From Nocardioidaceae bacterium (lineage in GTDB: Bacteria; Actinomycetota; Actinomycetes; Propionibacteriales; Nocardioidaceae): a DNA stretch of 51,699 nt. Positions within the stretch are counted from its first letter, which is position 1, and every line of letters starts with the position of its first letter. The notes beneath the pieces were generated by a model. It was not told the origin of the DNA. It saw nothing but the letters and a program-made list of their open reading frames with translations, and did no database searches. Made by a program: the position numbers and the translations under genes. This document shows positions 19,746 through 28,013 of this stretch, one piece after another. The stretch is from assembly GCA_013697585.1 (NCBI GenBank), contig JACCWP010000026.1, positions 1-51,699 on the forward strand, given 5' to 3'.

Positions 19746-20491
19746 GGCGAGCCCACCGCCCGGGCGACCATGTCGTCGAGGTCGAGGGTGGCCGCCCCCA
19801 TCGAGCCCGCCACCTGCTTTCGCAGCTCGTGATAGGCGAGGATCTGCAGCTCGATCGACAGGTCGACCTTGCGCACGTCGACACCGGCCGGGACCGAGAT
19901 GACGGCCGGCGCGAAGTTGAGGATGCTCGTGACCCCGGCTCGCACCAGTCGATCGGCCACCGGCTGGGCGGCGGCCGCCGGTGTCGTCAGGACGCCGATC
20001 GAGACGTCCCGCTCACGAACGAGCTCGTCCAGTTCGTCCAGGTGGCGTACGCCCACGCCGCCGTACATCTCGCCCACCCGCGCACGGTCGTTGTCGACGA
20101 GGGCGGCGACCCGGAAGCCGCGGGTGCCGAAACCCGCGTAGTTGGCCAGCGCCTGGCCCAGGTTGCCCAGCCCGATGATGACCACCGGCCAGTCCTGAGT
20201 CAGACCGATCTCGCGGGCGATCTGGTAGCGCAGGTACTCGACGTCGTAGCCGACACCGCGGGTGCCGTAGGAGCCCAGGTAGCTGAGATCCTTGCGCAGC
20301 TTGGCGGAGTTGACGCCGGTCGTAGCCGCAAGGTCCTCGCTCGATGCAGTCGCAACGCCGCGCTCGGCGAGCAACGTGAGCGCACGCAGATAGATGGGGA
20401 GCCGGGCGACGGTCGCCTCGGGGATACCGCGCCCGGCGCGGTCCTCGGACGAGCCCGACGGGTCGGGCCCATGATTCGATACGGGCTTCAC
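19742..20491 (-). CDS. rex: Redox-sensing transcriptional repressor Rex
   Basis: 249 aa with IPEATVARLPIYLRAL...KLRKDLSYLGSYGTRGVGYDV and a Rossmann segment VVIIGLGNLGQALANY. Confidence 0.95.
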   Translation of the reverse strand: MKPVSNHGPDPSGSSEDRAGRGIPEATVARLPIYLRALTLLAERGVATASSEDLAATTGVNSAKLRKDLSYLGSYGTRGVGYDVEYLRYQIAREIGLTQDWPVVIIGLGNLGQALANYAGFGTRGFRVAALVDNDRARVGEMYGGVGVRHLDELDELVRERDVSIGVLTTPAAAAQPVADRLVRAGVTSILNFAPAVISVPAGVDVRKVDLSIELQILAYHELRKQVAGSMGAATLDLDDMVARAVGSP

Positions 20492-20555
20492 AGCGGCTCT
20501 CAGGGTCCTTGCCGGGAGGTGGCGGGCAGGAAACGACCGCCTTCACTCTAAGAGC

Positions 20556-20575
20556 TTGTGAACGGGAGAACAAAA
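20556..20575 (-). promoter_or_regulatory. Candidate Rex operator (ROP-like) upstream of rex
   Basis: TTGTGAACGGGAGAACAAAA has a perfect TTGTGAA half-site. The second half is degenerate, keeping only ACA of TTCACA. It lies 65-85 nt upstream of the rex GTG. The consensus TGTGAA-N4-TTCACA is recalled from Streptomyces Rex work. Confidence 0.35.
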
Positions 20576-20613
20576 TCCGCCAACCCCGACCGCGCACCGG
20601 CGACGGGCCGGGA

Positions 20614-20901
20614 TCAGCCGGTCAGAGCGCGGCGGAGCCGACCGGGGTCGACCTGCCAGAAGTCGTGCTGGCGGCCGTCGACGAAGGTCACCGGGACCTG
20701 CTCGGTGAAGAGCTCGCGCAGCCGCCCGGAGCCGGGGCTGTCTGCGTCAATGTCGATCTCGGCCCAGCCGACCCCGAGGCCGGAACAGGTGGCCGCGACC
20801 ACGGCGCCGGCCTGCTCGCACAGGTGACAGCCAGAACGGGAGAAGAGCACGACCCGCGCGTCCCCAGCGTGCGGTACCGACCCGTCCTCATCCGGTGTCA
20901 C
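20614..20901 (-). CDS. Glutaredoxin-like small thiol-disulfide protein (Rv0508-like)
   Basis: 95 aa with VVLFSRSGCHLCEQA (CxxC) and a thioredoxin-fold length. It lies directly upstream of rex/hemA, as in mycobacteria (recalled). Confidence 0.75.
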   Translation of the reverse strand: MTPDEDGSVPHAGDARVVLFSRSGCHLCEQAGAVVAATCSGLGVGWAEIDIDADSPGSGRLRELFTEQVPVTFVDGRQHDFWQVDPGRLRRALTG

Positions 20902-20950
20902 GCCGCGAAGTGTTCCAGACGGGCGCGCCCGCCGCAGCGCACCCTCAACC

Positions 20951-22030
20951 TCAGAAGAACACGTGCTTGCGATGCATCAACAGGGTGTAGAGCGTCTGCT
21001 GGATCGTCTCGCGGACCTGGTCGGTCACGTTGAGGACCAGCATCGGGTCGTCGGCCGCGCCATCGCGCCATGCGTCGGTGCGGATCGGCTCGCCGAACTC
21101 GATGACCCACTTGCTCGGCAGCGGTACCAGCCCCAGCGGACCCAACCAGGGAAACAGCGGCGTCAGCGGCAGGTAGGGAACCTTGAGCAGTCGCGCCAGA
21201 GCGGGGATGTCCCCGATCAGCGGATAGATCTCCTCGGCCCCGACGATCGAGCAGGGAACGATCGGAACACCCGTGCGGATCGCGGCGGACACGAAGCCAC
21301 CGCGGCCGAACCGCCGCAGCTGGTAACGCTCGGCGAAGGGCTTGCCGACGCCCTTGAAACCCTCCGGCCACACTCCGACGAGCTCACCGTCGCCGAGCAT
21401 CCGCTCAGCGTCCTCAGCGCAGGCCAGGGTTGCGCCTGCCTTGCGCGCCAGCTCGGACACGAATGGCAACGTGAACACGAGATCTGCACCGAGGGCCCGC
21501 AGGTAGCGGCCCGCTCGGTCGTGCAGCACCAGGCTGGTCATCAACGCATCCATCGGCACCGTGCCCGAGTGGTTGGCGACCAGCAGCGCGCCGCCCTCGG
21601 CAGGCACGCGGGAAAGGCCGCGTACCTCGATCCGGAACCACTTCTCGGCAAGCGGGCGCAGCAGCGGCATCAGGACCGATGAGGTGAGCTCGGCGTCGAA
21701 TCCGATCTCGTCGATCTCGTAGTCGCCGGTGAGGCGGCGGCGCAGGAACGCCAGTGCCCGGGCGATCGGGTCGGGCGCAGCCCCGCCGGGCGACGCCTCC
21801 TCGCCGAGCTCGGCGGCGGCCTGCTCGACGACATCGTCGACGTCCTCCGGCACCGACGCGTCGGGCCTGGTTCTCGCGGTCTGCTCGCGACCCGCACCTG
21901 CGGCTGCGCGCTTGCTCGGGCCGCGAGGTCGGGGGGCGAGCAGGCGGGACGCCCGACTGGGCGAGGTCGTCCGGCTGCCTCGACCGGGACGGCCGCGGGT
22001 GCCGATCGGGATGACGTCGGCGTCAGCCAT
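20951..22030 (-). CDS. Lysophospholipid/1-acyl-glycerol-3-phosphate acyltransferase family protein (Rv0502-like)
   Basis: Start MADADVIPIG at 22030, 1 nt after the epimerase stop. LLVANHSGTVPMD and VWPEGFKG acyltransferase motifs are present. The N-terminal half of the 704-aa ORF-track entry is an out-of-frame shadow of the epimerase gene. Confidence 0.8.
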   Translation of the reverse strand: MADADVIPIGTRGRPGRGSRTTSPSRASRLLAPRPRGPSKRAAAGAGREQTARTRPDASVPEDVDDVVEQAAAELGEEASPGGAAPDPIARALAFLRRRLTGDYEIDEIGFDAELTSSVLMPLLRPLAEKWFRIEVRGLSRVPAEGGALLVANHSGTVPMDALMTSLVLHDRAGRYLRALGADLVFTLPFVSELARKAGATLACAEDAERMLGDGELVGVWPEGFKGVGKPFAERYQLRRFGRGGFVSAAIRTGVPIVPCSIVGAEEIYPLIGDIPALARLLKVPYLPLTPLFPWLGPLGLVPLPSKWVIEFGEPIRTDAWRDGAADDPMLVLNVTDQVRETIQQTLYTLLMHRKHVFF

Positions 22031-22031
22031 G

Positions 22032-23081
22032 TCACCCACCGCCGGTCGGTCGCGGTCCGGTCGCTGTCGCGGCGCATGCGGCGCCCACCGTCGCACCCAG
22101 CGCGCGTTCGACCCGCTGCACACACTCGGGGTCCAGCAGACCCGAGCCGATAAAGCTGCCGAAGTCTGCGACAGCGGCCGGCGTTGACCACCGCGGCGCA
22201 AGACCGAAGCGTTCCTTGAGCGCGGTGGTGTCGACCACTCGCCCGTACGTGAGCAGTGCGGCCTCGTCAGCGGGCAGCGCGGCACCCGCGACGCGTCGCA
22301 TTGCCTGGCCGAGCAGGCCCACTCCCCGCGGGACGGGCAGGGACGGGCGGCCCAGCCGGCGAACCAGCTGGGACAGCGTGACCGCGCCGTCACCGGCAAG
22401 GTTGTACGTGCCCTCGAGATCGTTGACCGTGGCCCGTGCCAGCGCGGCCGCCGCGTCGTCGGGGTGCAGAACCTGCAACCGGGGGTCGAACCCGAGCACG
22501 GTCGGGACCACCGGCAGCCGCAGGTACCGCGCCAGCGGGCCGTCGACACCCGCACCCAGCAGGTCGGCGCAGCGCAGCACCGTGATCGCGACGTCGGGGC
22601 GACGGCGAGCGAACCCGCGCAGATACCCCTCGTTCTCAGCACAGTCCTTGGCGTACCCGGTGCGCGGCAACTGCCTGGCCACGGTGTCCTCCGTGAACAC
22701 TGCGGGGTCGCGAGGCGACGCACCATAGACACCGGTCGACGAGCTGAGCACCAGGCTGCGCACGCCCGCTGCGCGCTGGCAGGCGGCGAGCAGCTGCATG
22801 GTGCCGATGACGTTGCGCTCCCCCCGCGAGCTGCCGGCACGCGCCGGCGGCTCGGCGACGGTGAGGTGCAGCACCGTGTCGACGCCCTCGACCCCCAACA
22901 GCTCGGCCATGACAGGGTTTCGTAGGTCGGCACGCACGAACCGGGCACCGCCGAGATCTGCTGCCGGCGGCACGACATCGACTGCGACGACTCGCGCGAC
23001 CGCGGCGTCGTCGACCAGCCGGCGAGCGGTCTCGGCGCCGAGCGGGGTCGCGGCGCCGGTGACAAGGACGACTCGTCCCAT
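22032..23081 (-). CDS. NAD-dependent epimerase/dehydratase family protein (Rv0501-like)
   Basis: MGRVVLVTGAATPLG Rossmann start. ATG at 23081 is preceded by GAGGTGAGA. An alternative GTG lies at 23087. Confidence 0.8.
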   Translation of the reverse strand: MGRVVLVTGAATPLGAETARRLVDDAAVARVVAVDVVPPAADLGGARFVRADLRNPVMAELLGVEGVDTVLHLTVAEPPARAGSSRGERNVIGTMQLLAACQRAAGVRSLVLSSSTGVYGASPRDPAVFTEDTVARQLPRTGYAKDCAENEGYLRGFARRRPDVAITVLRCADLLGAGVDGPLARYLRLPVVPTVLGFDPRLQVLHPDDAAAALARATVNDLEGTYNLAGDGAVTLSQLVRRLGRPSLPVPRGVGLLGQAMRRVAGAALPADEAALLTYGRVVDTTALKERFGLAPRWSTPAAVADFGSFIGSGLLDPECVQRVERALGATVGAACAATATGPRPTGGG

Positions 23082-23111
23082 TCTCACCTCACCCCGGTAG
23101 CCGTGCCAGGG

Positions 23112-23213
23112 TCACTTCCCAGCGCGACGTCGCTGGATTCGGGTGCGCTTCAACAGCTTGCGGTGCTTCTTCTTCGCCATCCGCTTGCGACGCTTCTTGA
23201 TGACCGAACCCAC
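23112..23213 (-). CDS. Actinobacterial 30S ribosomal protein bS22 (33 aa; Rv0500B-like)
   Basis: Not in the ORF track because it is too short and starts with GTG. My translation is [33 protein letters not shown]. This is near-identical in pattern to the mycobacterial [33 protein letters not shown] that I recall. Confidence 0.85.
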
Positions 23214-23304
23214 AACAGACCAATCGCGATAGGGGAGGCGACCACTCGTGCGGGCGCCCGGCGCAGCCTACCTGCTGGTCGTGCCGACCCCGTACGACGC
23301 GTGC

Positions 23305-23514
23305 TCAGCCGGCTTGGAAGTACGCCTTGCGCAGGTACTCGTCGACGGCGTCCTCAGGAACCCGAAATGAGCGACCGACGCGTACGGCCTCCAGCTGACC
23401 GTTGTGGACCAGCCGATAGACGGTCATCTTGGACACCCGCATGGTCTGGGCCACTTCGGCCACGGTCAGGAACCGCACCTCGGACAGACCGGGCTTCTGC
23501 GGTCCAGAGGCCAT
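23305..23514 (-). CDS. Excisionase-family helix-turn-helix DNA-binding protein (Rv0500A-like)
   Basis: MASGPQKPGLSEVRFLTVAEVAQTMRVSKMTVYRLVHNGQLEAVRVGRSFRVPEDAVDEYLRKAYFQAG. I prefer the ATG at 23514 over 23535. Confidence 0.8.
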   Translation of the reverse strand: MASGPQKPGLSEVRFLTVAEVAQTMRVSKMTVYRLVHNGQLEAVRVGRSFRVPEDAVDEYLRKAYFQAG

Positions 23515-23703
23515 GGCGCACCGCACTTCCTGCACGGATCGCTCTCTGGCTTCCCCACCGGAGACATGACGTCAGTGCGTACCGGGAGGGTAGTGCCTGG
23601 TGTTGCGGGTGGGAAGCCGAACTAGCCCAGATGGCCGCAACCGCACCCGAGTGGAGGAACCTACCCACCCGTACGGTGCCCGCGAGCCGGGCGAGGGAGC
23701 CGG

Positions 23704-24909
23704 TCAGTGCCTATGATCCAGTCCCAGCAACGGGAACACGGCGTTGCGTGTTGCCTGGACGGAGCGGTCCACCGCGCTGTCCGGGTCGTAGCCGTGCGAC
23801 CAGTCGACGAAGTCCGGCTCGACACCGTCAGTCATGCGGTCGGGCCCGGGCCGGCCGATGACGGTTCGTACGTGTTCGCGCCACTGCGCCGGGATCGTGG
23901 TCGAGGGGTCGAGCGGCCGGCCGCCCACCACGGCAAGCAGGTGCGTCCAGGCGCGTGGCACCACGTCGGCTATGGCGTAGCCACCGCCGCCGGCAACGAC
24001 CCACCGACCGCCCGTGACCTCGACCGCCAGGTCGCGCAGCGCGAGGTAGGACGCACGCTGCCCATCGACAGACAGCATCAGGTGTGCAAGGGGGTCGTCA
24101 CGGTGCGAGTCGCAACCATGCTGAGTGACCAGCACCTGTGGTCCGAATGCGCGTACGGCGAGAGGCACCACGGCGTGGTACGCACGCAACCAACCGGCAT
24201 CGCCGGTGCCTGGTGGCAGCGCCACGTTGACTGCCGTCCCGGGCGCACCAGGACCACCGGTCTCGGTCGGATTGCCCGTACCCGGGAACAAGGTCTGCGG
24301 TGTCTCGTGCAGGCTGACCGTCAACACCCGTGGGTCGTCGTAGAAGATCTCCTGCACGCCGTCGCCATGGTGCACGTCGACGTCGACGTAGGCCACCCGC
24401 TGTGCGCCCTGGTCGAGCAGCCAGGCGATTGCGACCGCGATGTCGTTGTAGACACAAAAGCCGCTCGCGAGGCCAGGCATGGCGTGGTGCAACCCGCCCG
24501 CGGGACTGGCCGCCCGCGACACCTCGCCCGACCAGACGGCGCGCGCGGCCTCGACGCTCGCGGCCACCACCCGCGCGCCAGCCTCGTGCATGCCAAGGAA
24601 CGTCGGGTTGTCGTCACTTCCCAGTCCACGGGACAGCTCGTGCGCAGCTGGGTCGTCACCGGCTCGACGTACGCAGTCGATGTAGTCCTTTTGGTGCACG
24701 AGCAGGAGGGCTGCATCGTCGATCGCGGGCACGGCGACCTGGCGCAGGCCACTGTCGCCGACGACGCCGAGGGCGCGGGCCAGTCGCATGGTCAGGTCGA
24801 TCCGGGTGGGGTTCATCGGGTGCGCTGGTCCGAAGTCGTACTCCGTCAGGCTGTCGTCGAAGACGACGCACGCGTCGTCGCGGGCTTGCGCGGCAGGCGT
24901 CCCGGACAT
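23704..24909 (-). CDS. Histone deacetylase-family protein (acetoin utilization AcuC-like)
   Basis: 401 aa with GGLHHAMPGLASGFCVYND, DVDVHHGDGVQEIF and other class-I HDAC/AcuC signatures. Confidence 0.85.
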   Translation of the reverse strand: MSGTPAAQARDDACVVFDDSLTEYDFGPAHPMNPTRIDLTMRLARALGVVGDSGLRQVAVPAIDDAALLLVHQKDYIDCVRRAGDDPAAHELSRGLGSDDNPTFLGMHEAGARVVAASVEAARAVWSGEVSRAASPAGGLHHAMPGLASGFCVYNDIAVAIAWLLDQGAQRVAYVDVDVHHGDGVQEIFYDDPRVLTVSLHETPQTLFPGTGNPTETGGPGAPGTAVNVALPPGTGDAGWLRAYHAVVPLAVRAFGPQVLVTQHGCDSHRDDPLAHLMLSVDGQRASYLALRDLAVEVTGGRWVVAGGGGYAIADVVPRAWTHLLAVVGGRPLDPSTTIPAQWREHVRTVIGRPGPDRMTDGVEPDFVDWSHGYDPDSAVDRSVQATRNAVFPLLGLDHRH

Positions 24910-24935
24910 GCGCGGACTCTATCCAGCGCGACGGA

Positions 24936-25751
24936 TCAGCCGCCCGCGGACAGATCCCGTGAGCGGTTGCGTGCCGCCTCCATCGCGGTGAGGAACGCCG
25001 CCCGCACCTTGTGGTCCTCGAGTTCGCGCACTGCGGCGGCGGCGGTGCCGCCGGGCGACGTCACCCGTTCGCGCAGGACGGTCGGATGCTCACCGGTCTC
25101 CCGCAGCAGCTTGGCTGACCCGACGACGGTCTGGACGACGAGCTCGCTCGACGTGCTGCGCGGCAGCCCGAGGTGCACGCCCGCCTCGATCATCGCCTCG
25201 ACGACGAAGAACAGGTACGCAGGGCCCGACCCGCTGATCGCCGTGACCGCGTCCTGCTGCTTCTCGGGTACGCGAAGCACCTTGCCGGTGGCCGCGAGCA
25301 GCTGCTCGGCCTCGACCAGGTGGGCCTCGTCGCACGACGAGCCACGCGAGATCGCTGCCATGCCCTCGTCGACGAGGGCGGGTGTGTTGGGCATGACCCG
25401 GACGACGGGAACCCGGCTCGGCAGCCGGGCCTCGAGGAACGCGGTCGTGATACCGGCAGCCAGCGACACCACCGTCGTCGCGGGCGACACGTGCGGTGCG
25501 ATCTCGTCGAGGACCTCACCCATGTCCTGCGGCTTGACGACGAGCACCAAGGTGTCGGCCTTCTGGGCCGCGTCGACGTTGCCGACCACCTCGACGCCGT
25601 ACCGTTCCTGCAGCTCGGCCGCCCGCTCCCCACGCCGCTCGGCGATCAGCAGCTCGTCGGGACGACGGCCTCCACGCAGCAGACCTGAGACCAGCGTCTC
25701 GCCCATCACTCCGGCGCCGACGACCGCAACTATGCTCATGGACCTCATCAT
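24936..25751 (-). CDS. proC: Pyrroline-5-carboxylate reductase
   Basis: 271 aa with an IVAVVGAGVMGETL Rossmann segment and VTSPGGTAAAAVRELE. There are three in-frame ATGs at the 5' end. Confidence 0.9.
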   Translation of the reverse strand: MMRSMSIVAVVGAGVMGETLVSGLLRGGRRPDELLIAERRGERAAELQERYGVEVVGNVDAAQKADTLVLVVKPQDMGEVLDEIAPHVSPATTVVSLAAGITTAFLEARLPSRVPVVRVMPNTPALVDEGMAAISRGSSCDEAHLVEAEQLLAATGKVLRVPEKQQDAVTAISGSGPAYLFFVVEAMIEAGVHLGLPRSTSSELVVQTVVGSAKLLRETGEHPTVLRERVTSPGGTAAAAVRELEDHKVRAAFLTAMEAARNRSRDLSAGG

Positions 25752-25793
25752 GCCCGCTGACGGCTCGCGGCGGAGCGCAGCCGGGCAGGCGGA

Positions 25794-26540
25794 TCAGGCC
25801 GTCCTGCGCCTCAGGGTCGCGGCGCCGAAGAGCAGAGCCAGCAGAGCGCTCCCCGCGATGACCGCAAGGTCCACGGTCAGGTCGGCTGTCCACGTCGCCG
25901 ACAGCTGGACCTGTTGCATGGCGTCGACGGCGTACGACAGCGGCAGCACGTCGGAGACCGCACCGAGCACGTCGGGCAGGGTGTCACGCGGCACGAACAA
26001 CCCGCACAGCAGCAGCTGCGGCAACACCAGCGCCGGCATGAACTGCACGGCCTGGAACTCGGTCTCCGCGAACGCCGAGACGAACAGGCCGAGCGCCGTC
26101 CCGAGCACGGCGTTGAGGACCGAGACGAGCATCAGCGCCCACACCGGCCCCCGGACGTCCATGTCGAGCAGGCCGACGGTCAGCCCGACCGCGAGCCCCG
26201 ACTGGGCGAGCCCGACAGCGCCGAACGCAATGGCGTAGCCGAGCAACAGGTCGGCCTTGCCCATCGGCATCGCCAGCAGCCGCTCCAACGTGCCGGACGC
26301 CCGCTCACGCAAGGTGGTCACCGAGGTGACGAGGAACATCACGATGAACGGGAAGACCACGAGCAGGGGCGGCCCGAACCGGTCGAAAGTTGCCGCCGAC
26401 GAGTCGCTGCCGTCGAACATCCACCAGAGCAGGCCAAGCAGCAGGCTCGGTACGGCGAGCAGCATGCCGACGGTTCGGTGGTCGCGGCGCAGCTGGGCAA
26501 GCACCCGCCCGGCGACGGCTCCGGTGATTCGCGGAGTCAT
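25794..26540 (-). CDS. ABC-2 type transporter permease
   Basis: 248 aa with about 6 TM segments. An ATGA overlap joins it to the ATPase stop (26537-26540). Confidence 0.8.
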   Translation of the reverse strand: MTPRITGAVAGRVLAQLRRDHRTVGMLLAVPSLLLGLLWWMFDGSDSSAATFDRFGPPLLVVFPFIVMFLVTSVTTLRERASGTLERLLAMPMGKADLLLGYAIAFGAVGLAQSGLAVGLTVGLLDMDVRGPVWALMLVSVLNAVLGTALGLFVSAFAETEFQAVQFMPALVLPQLLLCGLFVPRDTLPDVLGAVSDVLPLSYAVDAMQQVQLSATWTADLTVDLAVIAGSALLALLFGAATLRRRTA

Positions 26541-27271
26541 GACATCGCCTCCTGTCGGGCACCGTCGACGATCGCGAGGAACGCGCTCTCGACGTCGGCG
26601 GCTTGCGTACGCTCTCGCAGCGCCTGCGGCGTCCCCTCGGCCAGCAGCTCGCCGTTGCGCAACAGCAGCAGCCGGTCGCAGCGGTGCGCCTCATCCATGA
26701 CGTGGCTCGACACCAGCAGCGTCTGACCACCGGCTGCGAGCCGGTGGAACAGGCCCCAGAGGTCGCGGCGCAGCACCGGATCGAGACCAACCGTCGGCTC
26801 GTCGAGGACCAGCAGGTCGGGTGAGCCCAGCAGGGCGACCGCGAGCGAGACCCGCGAGCGCTGACCGCTGGACAGGCGCCCGACCAACGACCCGGCGTGG
26901 TCTGTGAGGTCGACGTGCTCGATCGCCCCCGCGGCCGCGCCGGGCGAGACCCCGAGCACGCGAGCGAAGAACCGAAGATTCTCACTCACGCTCAGATCGC
27001 CATAGACGCTCGGCGCCTGGGTGACGTAGCCCACGCGGCGGCGAAGCTCAGCCGCGCCCGCGGGCCGGCCCAGCACCTCGACGGTGCCGCTGCACACCCG
27101 CTGCACACCGACGATGGCGCGGATGAGGGTGCTCTTGCCACCGCCGGACGGACCGAGAAGCCCGGTCACCTGACCAGCGGCGACGCTGCAGGTGAGATCC
27201 GGCAGCACCACGCGACCGCCCCGGACGACCCGCAGGTGCCGCACGTACACAGCTGAGGAGTTATTGGTCAT
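26537..27271 (-). CDS. ABC transporter ATP-binding protein
   Basis: Start MTNNSSAVYV at ATG 27271. Walker A GPSGGGKST, signature LSSGQRSRV and Walker B LLVLDEPTVGLD are present. The ORF-track start (27619) is over-extended into tetR. Confidence 0.9.
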   Translation of the reverse strand: MTNNSSAVYVRHLRVVRGGRVVLPDLTCSVAAGQVTGLLGPSGGGKSTLIRAIVGVQRVCSGTVEVLGRPAGAAELRRRVGYVTQAPSVYGDLSVSENLRFFARVLGVSPGAAAGAIEHVDLTDHAGSLVGRLSSGQRSRVSLAVALLGSPDLLVLDEPTVGLDPVLRRDLWGLFHRLAAGGQTLLVSSHVMDEAHRCDRLLLLRNGELLAEGTPQALRERTQAADVESAFLAIVDGARQEAMS

Positions 27272-27278
27272 GTGTTCA

Positions 27279-27307
27279 ATACTGACAACGATCTTTTGGC
27301 CCGTCAA
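27279..27307 (-). promoter_or_regulatory. Candidate promoter for the ABC genes (possibly a leaderless transcript)
   Basis: The reverse strand reads TTGACG-17 nt-CAGTAT, then 7 nt to the ATG at 27271. This is the most A/T-containing stretch of the intergenic region. Confidence 0.3.
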
Positions 27308-27377
27308 GCCCTGAGCTCGTTCACTGCTGGGGAGGCGCCTGCACTCCCCCCGTGTTGCAGCGCCGTGGAAGTGACGC

Positions 27378-27399
27378 TTTCGCAAGGGGACCTGCGAAA
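27378..27399. promoter_or_regulatory. Inverted repeat TTTCGCA-N8-TGCGAAA just downstream of the tetR stop (operator or hairpin)
   Basis: tttcgcaaggggacctgcgaaa has 7-bp perfect arms plus an inner GG/CC pair. No U-tract follows on the transcribed strand, so it is not a canonical intrinsic terminator. Confidence 0.3.
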
Positions 27400-27410
27400 A
27401 CCGCCGGACG

Positions 27411-28007
27411 TCAGCCGCGCAGGTGCAGCTGCAGCGCGGGGGCCAGGCGGTTGACCACCTCGTCGGGTGGCATCGACGCGAGCGGCTCGACCCGTACGGC
27501 GTAACGCAAGGTGGCCATGCCAAGCAGCTGGGCGAGCGCGAGCTGGATCCGGGCGGCGGGGTCGGGAGCGGCGACGGCACGTCCGAGCGCGCCCACGGCC
27601 ATCGGCATGAACCCCTCACGCAGCATCGTTGCGACCGGCGGGCTGGTCATCGCGCCACGCAGCAGCGCGAGCAGGGACTCCCGCCGTCGCTCGTCCTCCC
27701 AGATGTCGACGAAGGTGCGTGCCAGTCCCCGTCCGAGGTCGTCGGGCGGACCGTCAGCAACCGGTGCCAGCACCACGCGTGGGTCGAACGGCACCGCCAG
27801 CGCAGCCAGGAAGAGATCCTCCTTGGCACCAAAGAAGTGGTGCACGAGGCCCGGCGCGACACCGGCCGCTGCGGCGACCCCCCGCACGGTAGTGCGCTCG
27901 AATCCCTTGTCTGCAAAGGCCGTACGCGCGGCCGAAAGGATCTGACCGCGAGTGTCCGGAGCGCCCGGTCGTCGGCCCGGACCCCGCACGCCCGACCCCG
28001 TGACCAT
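27411..28007 (-). CDS. TetR/AcrR family transcriptional regulator
   Basis: 198 aa with the N-terminal HTH ILSAARTAFADKGFERTTVRGVAAAAGVAPGLVHHFFGAKEDLF. Confidence 0.85.
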   Translation of the reverse strand: MVTGSGVRGPGRRPGAPDTRGQILSAARTAFADKGFERTTVRGVAAAAGVAPGLVHHFFGAKEDLFLAALAVPFDPRVVLAPVADGPPDDLGRGLARTFVDIWEDERRRESLLALLRGAMTSPPVATMLREGFMPMAVGALGRAVAAPDPAARIQLALAQLLGMATLRYAVRVEPLASMPPDEVVNRLAPALQLHLRG

Positions 28008-28013
28008 GCCGAC

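Noticed and set aside
20951-23065. 704-aa ORF suggesting a fusion protein
   Set aside because: Only the C-terminal 359 aa (from MADADVIPIG, ATG 22030) look like a real acyltransferase. The upstream part is out of frame with, and overlaps, the well-supported epimerase gene.
23558-23565. TGACGTCA palindrome upstream of the Rv0500A-like HTH gene
   Set aside because: 8-bp palindromes are expected many times in 51 kb, the flanks do not extend the symmetry, and it does not match the actinobacterial CRP/GlxR consensus (TGTGA-N6-TCACA).
23707-26238. 843-aa ORF on the + strand
   Set aside because: It is antisense to the AcuC-like gene, proC and the ABC permease gene. The composition is Ser/Arg/Ala-rich nonsense.
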